NCBI GenBank assembly: GCA_963733035.1
Contig: CAVTBU010000005.1
Span: 896,001-960,000, forward strand
Origin: Pirellulales bacterium
Lineage (GTDB): Bacteria; Planctomycetota; Planctomycetia; Pirellulales; PALSA-1355
Direction of reading: 5' to 3'
DNA length: 64,000 nucleotides
In this document: positions 16,747 through 26,995 of the stretch, piece by piece
Layout: each line of letters opens with the position of its first letter
Numbering within the stretch: position 1 is the stretch's first letter
Program-made: the position numbers and the translations under genes
Notes under the pieces: model-generated
Database searches by the model: none
What the model saw: only the letters and a program-made list of their open reading frames with translations
Told to the model about the DNA's origin: nothing

Positions 16747-18125
16747 GTGACGAACAACGGACTTATGTCAGAAGTCCAACCCATTGCCGAACTTACGACT
16801 GGCCAACGGTGGTTAGCACTGTCCGCTGCATTTTTGGCCTGGATGTTCGCCGGGCTGGAGATTTCGCTGTTCGTGCTCATCGCACGTCCGGCGATCATGG
16901 ACATCCTTGGCGGACAAATCGATTCGAGTCAAATTGAACGTGTCGCGGCACAATGGTTTGCATGGTATCAATGCGCCTTCCTGTTAGGGGCGGCGGCTGG
17001 TGGCTGGGTATTCGGCGCGTGGGGGGATCGTGCCGGCCGAACTCGGGCGATGGGCCTGAGCGTCTTGTGCTATTCGATCGTCACTGGCTGTTCATATGTC
17101 ATTGACGATCCGTACGCGCTATGGGCGCGAGATTCGTGGCCTGCATGGGCATCGGCGGCGTATGGCCGAACGCCGTTGCCTTGGCTGTGGAAGGATTGCC
17201 AAATTTGTCGCGGCCGCTGCTCGCTGGTTTGCTGGGCATGGCGGCCAACGTGGGTTTTGTGCTGCTCGGTGTGGTGTGCTACATCTTCCCAGCCACGCCA
17301 GAGGCATGGCGCTGGGTCCTACTCGTTGGCGCATTGCCCGCGGTGTTGGGAGCCATCGTCTTGGCCATCGTGCCGGAATCACCACGTTGGTTGAGTGGCA
17401 AACTTGCCGCAGCCGGTGCAAGTGTGCGGTCGCAGCCTGTGCGCGAAATCCTGCGACCGCCGCTCTTGAATCGCACTCTAATCGGTATTTGCCTCGGAGG
17501 TATCCCGGTCATCGGCACCGCGGCGAACGCGAATTGGCTAATTCCCTGGTCGGATCAAGTGGCGGCCTCCAGGTCTGCACTCGACACGTCGGGGGAAAAG
17601 GCAATAAAAACGCCCCCTACGAGTGAAGCTGCGGCAAAAGCGAAAACGGCAGGGGACCCACGGCTTAAAGCGAAAACGCAAATTATGCGATCGGGCGGTG
17701 CGATGTTCGGTAGTCTGCTTGGCGGCTGGATCGCCAGCCTGCTCGGTCGGCGCTTCACCTACTTTCTGATTAGCTTGGCCTCATTCCTCACAAGTTCCTA
17801 CATCTACAGTTTTCTGTCACCCGATGATCCGTCCTTCTCGACTTTTGCGTTTCTGTTGGGCTTTGTCGGCGTAACCTACTTCGGTTGGCTTCCGCTATAT
17901 CTACCCGAGTTGTTCCCCACACGCGTGCGCGCCACGGGCACCGGCGTCACATTCAACTCCGGACGAATCCTGGCTGCCATCAGCGTTTTGGGTGCCGGCG
18001 TGTTGGCCGGTTGGTTTCACGGCGACTATGCCCGTGTGGGCACGTTTACGGGCATGGTCTACGTCGCTGGAATGATCGTGATTTGTTTTGCGCCCGATAC
18101 CAGCAAAAGTCGGCTTGAGGACTGA
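16747..18125 (+). CDS. MFS transporter (frameshift near 17121-17128, probably a sequence error)
   Basis: ORF 16747..17394 carries motif A (GAWGDRAGRTRAM). ORF 17121..18125 continues ARFVACMGIGG...VPESPRW...PELFPTRVRATG. One extra base joins them as PYALWGARF. Confidence 0.85.
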
Positions 18126-18127
18126 AT

Positions 18128-18982
18128 ATGGGGTCAGTTGGACTCATTGGCCTGGGACTTCTCGGCTCGGCCCTCGCCGAGCGGATGCTTGCGGCTGGCT
18201 ACCGTGTCACCGGATACGACCTCGAACCGCAGCGGCGCGAATGGCTCGCGTCGGCCGGTGGTGCGGCAGTCGATTCGGTCGCCTCCCTGGCTGAGAAATG
18301 CGAGACGATCGTCCTCAGTCTGCCCGATTCACACGTCGTCTCAATGGTTCTTGAAGAACTTGGGCCACAGCTTCACCCCGGTCATTGCATTGTTGATACT
18401 TCCACCGGAGAGCCGCCCCAGGTAGAAGCCACCGCCGCCTCGCTTGCGAAACGGCAGATCGCCTATCTCGACGCCACGATTCTGGGCTCGAGCGTCCAGG
18501 TTCGCGACGGACAAGCGATCGTCATGGTCGGCGCCAGCGAAAGTGCCTTTGCCGCGAGCTACGATCTGCTGTTGTGTTTTGGTCGCGAAGTCATTCACGT
18601 GGGTCCCTCCGGAAGCGGCTCGCGAATGAAGCTCGTAGTGAACTTGGTACTGGGCCTCAACCGGGCCGTACTGGCCGAGGGCCTCACACTTGCCGCGGCG
18701 CTTGAACTCGATCTGACAACAACGTTGGCGATCCTTAAGTCCGGCGCTACCTACTCGGCCGTCATGGATTCGAAGGGTGAAAAGATGCTCCATGCTGATT
18801 TTGCACCTCAAGCCCGACTGTCGCAGCATCTGAAGGACGTGCGGCTAATGCTCGAGGCCGCGGAGCGAACCGGGACGACTTTGCCTTTGTCTGAAGTACA
18901 CCGACTGCTGCTGGAGCGGGCGGAAGCCGCGGGCTACGGCAATGCCGACAATAGCGCCGTCCTACGAGCATTTGATCGGTGA
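18128..18982 (+). CDS. NAD(P)-dependent oxidoreductase, 3-hydroxyisobutyrate dehydrogenase family
   Basis: VGLIGLGLLG, VDTSTG, LDATILGSS, MKLVVN, LKDVRL. Confidence 0.92.
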   Translation: MGSVGLIGLGLLGSALAERMLAAGYRVTGYDLEPQRREWLASAGGAAVDSVASLAEKCETIVLSLPDSHVVSMVLEELGPQLHPGHCIVDTSTGEPPQVEATAASLAKRQIAYLDATILGSSVQVRDGQAIVMVGASESAFAASYDLLLCFGREVIHVGPSGSGSRMKLVVNLVLGLNRAVLAEGLTLAAALELDLTTTLAILKSGATYSAVMDSKGEKMLHADFAPQARLSQHLKDVRLMLEAAERTGTTLPLSEVHRLLLERAEAAGYGNADNSAVLRAFDR

Positions 18983-19007
18983 AACGTCGACTGGGCGAGC
19001 CGTCAGC

Positions 19008-19802
19008 ATGTCGAATCAGGAAGCATCTGCCTATAAGTTTGGCGATGGCGAGTTGGCCGCCGCGCGGTTGAAACGACTTGCCGCGGTGTTCGAACCAACG
19101 ACGCGTGAATTCCTGGAAACGTTGCGTTCCCGCTGTCCACGCTACGTTGCCGACTTGGGCTGTGGCCCGGGGTACACTTCTCGACTGCTGGCCGATGTTT
19201 TTCCGCACGCAAAGGTCTGCGGAATCGACAGTTCAGCCAACTTCATCTCCCTGGCTTGCAGAGCGACAAACGATAGGTTCACATTCCAATTTGGCGACGT
19301 CACGCGAAAACTTCCCACGGGTCCCTTCGATCTCATCTATGCCCGCTATCTACTCGCACACATCGCCGCTTTCCAGGCAACTGTCGAGTTGTGGGGGGCA
19401 TATCTGTCGCCGGACGGAGCCGTTGCCCTCGAGGAGAATGAGTGGATCGAAACCACCCAGCCGACCTTTCGGCAGTACCTCGCCATCGTGGCGGCAATGC
19501 TGGCGGAAGGAGGGCAGATGTTGCACGTTGGCGCGGAACTCGACGCAGTTCCAAACTGGGGTTCTTTGGTCAAAGCATCGAGTGAATTGGTACCAATCGC
19601 GGTTGGCGAGGGCACCTCGGCGGAGCTTTTTGTGCCAAACCTCAGGTCTTGGCGGCAACGGCCATTCATCCAACGAAATTACGCGGCGAGTACAATTGAT
19701 CGATTGGAGCGGGAATTGGTCGAATTAGCTCACGATGGCAAAAAGGATGCCACGGTTCTCTTTGGACGACGCCGGGGCGTGCTTACACGAGACAGCGACT
19801 GA
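19008..19802 (+). CDS. Class I SAM methyltransferase (trans-aconitate methyltransferase-like)
   Basis: ADLGCGPG, GIDSS, FDLIYAR. Confidence 0.8.
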   Translation: MSNQEASAYKFGDGELAAARLKRLAAVFEPTTREFLETLRSRCPRYVADLGCGPGYTSRLLADVFPHAKVCGIDSSANFISLACRATNDRFTFQFGDVTRKLPTGPFDLIYARYLLAHIAAFQATVELWGAYLSPDGAVALEENEWIETTQPTFRQYLAIVAAMLAEGGQMLHVGAELDAVPNWGSLVKASSELVPIAVGEGTSAELFVPNLRSWRQRPFIQRNYAASTIDRLERELVELAHDGKKDATVLFGRRRGVLTRDSD

Positions 19803-19894
19803 CGCCCACCAGAACTTGTTCGCGTCTGGAGCCTGACTTAGACTGCCGAGAATGGTTTGGCAGTTCAGCTCTCCAGGTAGATGCGAGGTGCCCG

Positions 19895-21245
19895 ATGTGG
19901 CGGACGGCATTGACGATGATCGTTCTCGGGTTTGTTTGCGGATCGGGGGCGGCGCATGGTCACTTCCTATTCACGCGGATTTGTCCGCCGGCGGAAGGGG
20001 GTCGGGTTGCCGAGGTCTACTTCAGCGAATATGCAACGGCGGGTGATCCGCGTTACATTGACAAGGTTGCCTCGGCGGAATTTCAGGTGCAGACGACAAC
20101 CGGCGAGCGCAAACCGCTGCCCATGCGACGGCTGCCCGATCGCTTGCGAGCGCATGTACCAGTCAGTGGTCCACTGCTTGTTGCCGGTCGGCTGGACTAC
20201 GGCGTCCTCGACCGGCCAGGCGCGCCGGCATTCCTTTTGCGCCACTTCTGCAAAGCCGTCAGCGGCCAATCAGACGAAGTAAACAAGTTTTCAGCAGTCG
20301 GCACGCCGATCGAACTAGTCGCCAGATTCGAACCCGATCGCGTGGTGCTGACGGCCCTTCTCGATGGCCAGCCGATGCCAAAAGTGCGCGTCGACACGGT
20401 CGATGCCGATCTGGTGGGCGATGAGCTAACGACAGATGAGAATGGTCAAGTAACGTTCGAACCAAGTGCACCTGGGTTTTATTGCGCCTATGTGGGACAC
20501 ACGTTGCCCGTGTCTGGCGAGCATCGCGGAAAGGCCTACAAGGAGGTCCGCCAGTTCGCCACGCTTTCGTTCGCGTGGCCGCTGGCGCCAACCGGCTCGG
20601 ATGATGAAGCTGTGGCTCTGTTCGAGGACGCCCTGGCGACGCGCAAGTTGGCAGGACTTTCCTGGCTTCACGGCCGAAATAACTGGCGACTTGGATGGCC
20701 GGCCACTTTCAGGCACCGTCAGCGTGTCGCCCGATGGTGCCGTTGAAGTGGATCTCGGCGAGGATGCGGCGATGGTCGATTGGGTCGACGATCAACTCGA
20801 ATCGATCACGATGCATCGCGCCGCCAGCCAAACGCCCGGGGAGAACCGGTCCAAACCGGTCGTGCGCTTTGCCGACAACCAGACGGATCACCCTCTGGGC
20901 CGTTTGCTCGAGTTCGAAGGTGGGCATTTTGCCACGAGCTACCGGGTGAAAGACCACCAGTTAACGACGGTCAATCGCGTACTCGACGGACAAGACATGA
21001 CGATCACGGTGCTCGATAACTTGCGCAACTCAGACGACAAGTACCTGCCGCATCTCTATGCCGTGCAATACTGGGACGAAGCAACCGGGCAGCCGGTGCG
21101 CACCGAGATCGTGACAGATCAATGGACACGGGTCAAAAAGTGGGACCTACCAAGGCAACATACCGTTACTACCGCTTCAGGGGATGGTTACACGGTGCGC
21201 AGTTTCACACTGCGAAACCACAAACTTCTGGAGAAAGCGCCTTAG
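19895..21245 (+). CDS. Secreted DUF4198-like + DUF3386 domain protein (frameshift near 20640)
   Basis: Signal peptide ending AHG-HF and a TDENGQVTF Ig-like segment in ORF 19895..20746; the second frame continues RASWQDFPGFTA...QLESITMHR...HPLGR (DUF3386-like). Confidence 0.7.
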
Positions 21246-21283
21246 CGAACCACTCCCATCGGATCGGATTGCTGGATTGCTGG

Positions 21284-23416
21284 CTAGGCGTCTGCCGATT
21301 TGGCCGGACGTGGAGCGATCCAGCGTGTGACGGCCTGTGATGTAATGACAACGATCGAACCGATTAGCAGTACGATTAAGCCGGCGTTGAGTACACCTTG
21401 CAAGAGCGTGGCGTTCAAACCGCCTTGGGCCCAACCATCTGAAATTTGGCCGGCAAATCGTCCGCTAATCATCTGATAGCCGGCGGTCAACGTGGTTCCA
21501 ATGACGAACAACATGGGCAGGATTGTTAGCGGCGCGTAGCGCCCGCGACCCGCATTGAACATGACGGTGGTTACGACGACCAGCGCGATCACGGCCAGCA
21601 TTTGATTCGCGATGCCAAACATCGGCCAGATGGTTTCGATGGAGCCGGTCCAAATAAGCCCTCCCCAGCCGGCTGTTACCAAGGCGGTGGACAACACGGC
21701 TCCAGGAAGCCAGTCGGTGCGGTCGAATGCTGGGTAGACTTTGCCGAGAGCTTCCTGCAGCAGGAATCTCGCGATGCGCGTGCCGGTGTCGATCGTAGTG
21801 AGAATAAAGAGCGCCTCGAACATGATTGCGAAGTGATACCAGTATTTGATGACCCCTTCGAGGCTGATCGATTCGCCGGCAACGCGCGACATGGCATCGC
21901 GAAAGATCTGGGCCATGCCGACGGCCAACGTCACAGCCCCACCTGTGCGGCCCCGCAGCGCTTCGCCGCCGACTTGTTGTTCGATGGTGGCCAGGTTGTC
22001 GGTCGTGGCATTCATCGTCCGCAGGTCGTCGGCATAGGCGGCCTGTTGTGAGAGGTCGATGTTGATCGCCCAGTAGTCTCCCTGTGGCAGTGACGCCGCG
22101 GCGATCAGCGCCATCACGGCTACCAAGCCTTCGATCAGCATCGCCCCATATCCGATCATCCGCACGTCGGTTTCATTGCTGATCATCTTAGGCGTCGTGC
22201 CAGACGATACGAGTGCGTGGAAACCCGAGATCGCGCCACACATGATGCAGATGAAGCAAAACGGGAAGATCGCTCCTTTGAAGTACGGTCCACCACCCGA
22301 CGCATAGAGTTCATTGTACGTCGACGCGTGCATCTCGGGGTTGGCGACAATGACCGCGCCCACGAGCAGACCCACGGTGCCAATTTTGAGAAAACTAGAC
22401 AAATAGTCGCGCGGGCAAAGCAGTAACCACACCGGAAGGACCGAGGCGATGAATCCGTACGCGCAAATCGCCAGTATCGTTTGATTGCGCGACAGCTGAA
22501 AGTAAGGCTCGAGCGATGACCCGGGTATCCAGTTTCCGGCGACCGTCACAGCCAAGACGCCCAGAGCCCCAATGGCCGATGCCTCGACAACATGCCCCTT
22601 GCGAAGGACGTACATGTAAAGGCCCACGAAGAGTGCGATGGGCACCGTGCAGGCGATGGTAAAGGTGCCCCAAGAACTGCCGGGCACGGCTTGTGTCACT
22701 CCGTCTGGCAGCGTGACGTGGCCGTCCCGCGGCGCAAAGGGCGAAGTATCCGATTCGTTTGCATCGGCCGCCCGCGAGCGCGCAATCGTAAACGGTTCGC
22801 TACGGACCACGCTCGCGTTGTTCGTGTATTCGATGCGCGTGCTTGGCGGCAGCGTCGCGAAATCTCGACCTTCGGCGGTCCAAGTCTTTACGTCGGCTTC
22901 CTCCGGCAGGTGGAAAACGGTGCCCGCTGCCAGTTTGATTTCCTCGCCGCCTAACGCCTTGACGACGACAACGCCGAGTCCCGAAAGGGCAACAATTACG
23001 ACGAACAGGATCGTGATCGAAGCCGTGCCACCGGCCAGAGAACCGATTTCGGCCCTGGCGATCTCCGCCAGCGAGCGCCCGCCGCGGCGCACCGATGCGG
23101 CCAGCACGAGCATGTCTTGCACGGCGCCGGCGAGGCAAACGCCGACGACGATCCATACCAACCCCGGCATGTATCCGTATTGAATCGCCAATACTGGCCC
23201 GATGAGCGGGCCCGCCCCACTGATCGCCGCGAAGTGATGTCCAAACAACACCCATTTGTTCGTCGGATGGTAGTTCTGCCCATCGTTGTACACATAGGCC
23301 GGCGTGACGCGCGAGTCATCCAGAGCCGCTACTTTGGCCGCCAGAAAGGCACTGTAAAAGCGATATGCGGTTGCCAGCGAGGCAAGTACGATCAAGATCA
23401 AGGGCATCGCATTCAT
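21284..23416 (-). CDS. cstA: Carbon starvation protein A (pyruvate/peptide transporter)
   Basis: VLFGHHFAAISGAGPLIGP, LLCPRDYLS, CGAISGFHAL, ILTTIDTGTR, IWPMFGIANQ. Confidence 0.95.
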   Translation of the reverse strand: MNAMPLILIVLASLATAYRFYSAFLAAKVAALDDSRVTPAYVYNDGQNYHPTNKWVLFGHHFAAISGAGPLIGPVLAIQYGYMPGLVWIVVGVCLAGAVQDMLVLAASVRRGGRSLAEIARAEIGSLAGGTASITILFVVIVALSGLGVVVVKALGGEEIKLAAGTVFHLPEEADVKTWTAEGRDFATLPPSTRIEYTNNASVVRSEPFTIARSRAADANESDTSPFAPRDGHVTLPDGVTQAVPGSSWGTFTIACTVPIALFVGLYMYVLRKGHVVEASAIGALGVLAVTVAGNWIPGSSLEPYFQLSRNQTILAICAYGFIASVLPVWLLLCPRDYLSSFLKIGTVGLLVGAVIVANPEMHASTYNELYASGGGPYFKGAIFPFCFICIMCGAISGFHALVSSGTTPKMISNETDVRMIGYGAMLIEGLVAVMALIAAASLPQGDYWAINIDLSQQAAYADDLRTMNATTDNLATIEQQVGGEALRGRTGGAVTLAVGMAQIFRDAMSRVAGESISLEGVIKYWYHFAIMFEALFILTTIDTGTRIARFLLQEALGKVYPAFDRTDWLPGAVLSTALVTAGWGGLIWTGSIETIWPMFGIANQMLAVIALVVVTTVMFNAGRGRYAPLTILPMLFVIGTTLTAGYQMISGRFAGQISDGWAQGGLNATLLQGVLNAGLIVLLIGSIVVITSQAVTRWIAPRPAKSADA

Positions 23417-23587
23417 AGACAATCAACCTCGCAGTTTCGACCGTGCGGTGCCCACCAATATAAGCCAACGGACGCTCGTGTTGTCAGATCGCTTTTGATG
23501 CGGCTGAGAATCCTTCTTTTCGGCCTGCGGCTTTTTCGGACGCCCGAGCCCACGACATGACCGCCCGCTGGCGAGAAGCCGCTTACC

Positions 23588-23633
23588 AAAAAAACAGGGC
23601 GGCGAGCGGTCGCTGACCCTCTCGCCACCCTGT
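23588..23633 (-). terminator. Intrinsic terminator downstream of hppA
   Basis: Minus strand ACAGGGTGGCGAG...CTCGCCGCCCTGT followed by a T run. Confidence 0.75.
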
Positions 23634-23670
23634 CGATTTTTACGACTTCTCGGCCACCGCCCGGCGTCTC

Positions 23671-26334
23671 TTAAAAGATGCCCAAGGCCATCAGGCTGTA
23701 GCGAACTGTCAGACCAGCCACCACCACGGCCACCATGCTCATCAACTTGATGAGAATGTTGAGGCTCGGGCCGCTGGTGTCCTTGAACGGATCGCCGACC
23801 GTGTCGCCGACGACCGCCGCCTTGTGGGCTTCAGTGCCTTTGCCACCGTGGGCTCCGGCCTCGATATACTTTTTGGCGTTGTCCCAGGCGCCACCCGCAT
23901 TGGCCATGAATACCGCCACGCAGAAACCGCTGGTCAAACCGCCCACGAGCAGTCCCATCACGCCGCCCACGCCCAATACCAGACCAGTGATCACTGGCGT
24001 GGCCAATGCCAAAAGCGAGGGTAGAATCATCTCGCGCTGGGCGGCCTTGGTACTGATCGCAACCGGAGCCGCATAATCAGGCCGCTCGGTGCCGGCCATG
24101 ATACCCGGTTTTTCACGGAACTGGCGGCGCACCTCCTCGACCATGCCCTTGGCGGCGCGGCCCACGGCCTTCATCGTCATGGCACAGAACAGAAAAGTGG
24201 CCATGGCCCCAATAAACACGCCGACCAACACCTTTGGATTCATTAACGAAGCATCGTAGTAGCGCGTGAAATCGGGCAGCGTCGCCGCTTTGAGCGAAAT
24301 CAGCTCGCGGTCATTGTCAGCAATTACGAGCGTCGTTCCGTCATCTGAGGTCTTCTCACGGAACATGGTGGCCGGCAGTTCCACCGGCTTTTGACGGTAG
24401 GTGGAGTACTTTTCCTCATCCCAACCGTCGATGGTCCGCAAATCGTTGGGAAGGATCAAATACGGATAATGTTCCTTTTCGCTTTTGACCTGAACGACAA
24501 ACTGATTGCTGACTTTGTAGACGCCCGGCTCAAACTCGGCGGTCACCGTGGCAACGGCCCAACGGTCAAAACCGATGCGCACCTCCTCGACATACGCGGC
24601 CAACAGCGCCAAGGCTGTCAAAGCGGCCGATCCGATGGCAAAGCCCTTGCCCGTCGCTGCCGTGGTGTTGCCCAAGCTGTCCAAAGCGTCCGTACGCTCG
24701 CGAACAATCGGCTCCAAGCCCGACATCTGGGCATTGCCGCCGGCGTTGTCGGCGATCGGACCATACGCGTCGGTGGCCAACGTGATACCCAGCGTGCTGA
24801 GCATGCCAACCGCCGCGATTCCCACGCCGTACAGCCCGAGGGCAAAGTACTGCAAATCGTTAAATCGCCAATCGGCCGCGAAGCCAAATGCCATGATCGT
24901 TGCCGCACAGACGACAAGCACCGGAAACCAAGTGCTGAGCATGCCTTCGGCAACGCCACCAATGATCACCGTGGCCGGGCCCGTGACGGCTTGGTCAGCC
25001 AGATTCCGTGTCGGTGCGTACTCGTCGCTCGTGCAGTATTCGGTCCACTTTCCGATCAACCAGCCAGCAGCCAAACCGACGACGATGCTGAAGGCCACGC
25101 CCATGAAGTCGGGCATCAGCCAATAAGTCAGGCCGAACGCGGCGGCCACGACCATCACGGTCGACGCGTTGATGCCACGCGCTAGCGCTTTGAGCAGAGT
25201 CTTTTGCGAGGCGTCCTCTTCGGTGCGGACCATGTAGATGCCCGCAATCGAGAGAAAGATACCAATCGCAGCGATGGCCATTGGCAAAAACAGGGCGTTG
25301 AGCTGGAAGGTGGCAATCAACTCCTCGGTGACGGCCGTGGCGTTTTCCGTGCGTGCGTAAAGATCGCGAATGATCGCGCCGCTGGAGAAGGCCGACACGC
25401 CGAGGGCCGCCGTCGCCAGTATGGAACCGCAATACGACTCATAAAGGTCGGCACCCATGCCGGCCACGTCGCCCACGTTGTCGCCGACGTTATCGGCGAT
25501 CGTGGCGGGGTTGCGGGCGTCGTCTTCGGGAATGCTATGTTCGACTTTTCCCACCAGGTCGGCACCGACATCGGCCGCCTTGGTGAAGATGCCGCCACCG
25601 ACGCGGGCAAACAGCGCCTGGCTACTGGCACCCATGCCGAAGCAGAGCATTGTGACCGTGATTTCTTCGAGCGAAAGAGGTTCGTATCCCAGTGCGGGAA
25701 CAATCCAGTTAAGGACCAGGAACCAGAGGGTGATATCCAGCAGGCCCAAGCCGACCACGGTCAGCCCCATGACGGCACCCGAGCGGAAGGCCACTTGAAG
25801 TCCCTGGTTGAGCGACTTTTGAGCCCCGGCCGCGGTGCGGCTGCTCGCCCAGGTGGCGGTCTTCATCCCAAACCATCCGGCCAGGCCGGAAAAGAAACCG
25901 CCAGTGATGAACGCGAATGGGACCCATTCGCTCTGCACTTTGAGCACGTAGGCGGAAACGGCCAATAAGGCGAAAATGATAACGAAAAACAGCGCGACGA
26001 CTTTGTATTGTTGACGCAAGTAAGCGTTGGCCCCCTCGCGAACGAAGCCGGCGATTTCGACCATTTTCGGCGTGCCCTCATCGGCAGCCATCACTTCCTG
26101 ATAGAAGCGGAAGGCCTGGACCAACGCCACGACTGCACCAAAAAATGCCACGCCCCAAATTAAGTAAAAGCGAAAGTGACTGGAGGCCTCTCCGCTGGCG
26201 GCCGCATCGGCGGCTTCGGTCGCTTGTTGGGCAAAGGCCGATCCGCCAGCCCATACAAAGGCGAGGGCAATCAGCGCCATCAACAGGGTTTGCTTACGCG
26301 GCATCCGCCGCGGCCATTTCCAATTTGCAATCAT
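23671..26334 (-). CDS. hppA: Membrane-integral K+-dependent Na+(/H+)-translocating pyrophosphatase
   Basis: DVGADLVGKVE, DNVGDNVGD, DAYGPIADNAGG, GNTTAA (Ala = K+-dependent), DLYESY, GGAWDNAKK, GDTVGDPFKD. Real start probably ATG 26334 rather than 26673. Confidence 0.95.
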   Translation of the reverse strand: MIANWKWPRRMPRKQTLLMALIALAFVWAGGSAFAQQATEAADAAASGEASSHFRFYLIWGVAFFGAVVALVQAFRFYQEVMAADEGTPKMVEIAGFVREGANAYLRQQYKVVALFFVIIFALLAVSAYVLKVQSEWVPFAFITGGFFSGLAGWFGMKTATWASSRTAAGAQKSLNQGLQVAFRSGAVMGLTVVGLGLLDITLWFLVLNWIVPALGYEPLSLEEITVTMLCFGMGASSQALFARVGGGIFTKAADVGADLVGKVEHSIPEDDARNPATIADNVGDNVGDVAGMGADLYESYCGSILATAALGVSAFSSGAIIRDLYARTENATAVTEELIATFQLNALFLPMAIAAIGIFLSIAGIYMVRTEEDASQKTLLKALARGINASTVMVVAAAFGLTYWLMPDFMGVAFSIVVGLAAGWLIGKWTEYCTSDEYAPTRNLADQAVTGPATVIIGGVAEGMLSTWFPVLVVCAATIMAFGFAADWRFNDLQYFALGLYGVGIAAVGMLSTLGITLATDAYGPIADNAGGNAQMSGLEPIVRERTDALDSLGNTTAATGKGFAIGSAALTALALLAAYVEEVRIGFDRWAVATVTAEFEPGVYKVSNQFVVQVKSEKEHYPYLILPNDLRTIDGWDEEKYSTYRQKPVELPATMFREKTSDDGTTLVIADNDRELISLKAATLPDFTRYYDASLMNPKVLVGVFIGAMATFLFCAMTMKAVGRAAKGMVEEVRRQFREKPGIMAGTERPDYAAPVAISTKAAQREMILPSLLALATPVITGLVLGVGGVMGLLVGGLTSGFCVAVFMANAGGAWDNAKKYIEAGAHGGKGTEAHKAAVVGDTVGDPFKDTSGPSLNILIKLMSMVAVVVAGLTVRYSLMALGIF

Positions 26335-26742
26335 GCTACAACTTCCCTTAACTTCTTTTCTTTTGGTTCGTTGGACGTCCACATGTAGTTTGTTAATCGT
26401 TGGCCGACGCGAGGCCCGGGCCAAACGCAAATACCGATGGAATTGATGCGCAATGAGCTCTGGACTGCGGCCACGGGGCGTGCGCCGGCGCTCGCGGGGG
26501 TGCAAAGGCTTGCAAGAGGAAAGCCGGTTTGCATCAGAGGCCGCCTTTGCCGACAAAGCTCGCATTCCGCCAAGAACCCCTTCGCAGGATCCGCCGGCGA
26601 AGTCGCGTCTCTGCCGGACGGTGATGTCCTTGGGAGCGATACGCAACAGGGTGCCCCGGCCCGAGGAGGCCAAAGCGTCTTCGTAGGGTCACGTGCGGCC
26701 GGTCGTAACCCGTCAGCCACCACGCGCACCGAGAAAGCGAAA

Positions 26743-26771
26743 AATGTAAAGGACGTGTCGCAATCTGTCAA
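26743..26771 (-). promoter_or_regulatory. Putative sigma70 promoter of hppA
   Basis: Minus strand TTGACA-17 nt-TACATT. Confidence 0.6.
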
Positions 26772-26995
26772 CTCAAAGCAAGTTGCGACGCGACAAGCCC
26801 ACCAGCGACGGTTCTCTCCGGTCGTCTGCATCCGCCCATCTGGTCGAATTTCACGCCCCCAGCCGGCTGGAAAACCAGTAAAACGGCCCCTCACCCCGCA
26901 GGCCGAATATCGAGGCCACCAAACAACCGGTTGCTCACGCGGCTTGCAAACCTAGAATTCGGAAGACCGCCGCCCCGTCAACCTCAGGATGCAGC

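Noticed and set aside
26335..26673. 113-aa N-terminal extension making HppA 1000 aa
   Set aside because: Arg-rich, non-protein-like composition; a better start with RBS and signal-like sequence exists at 26334.
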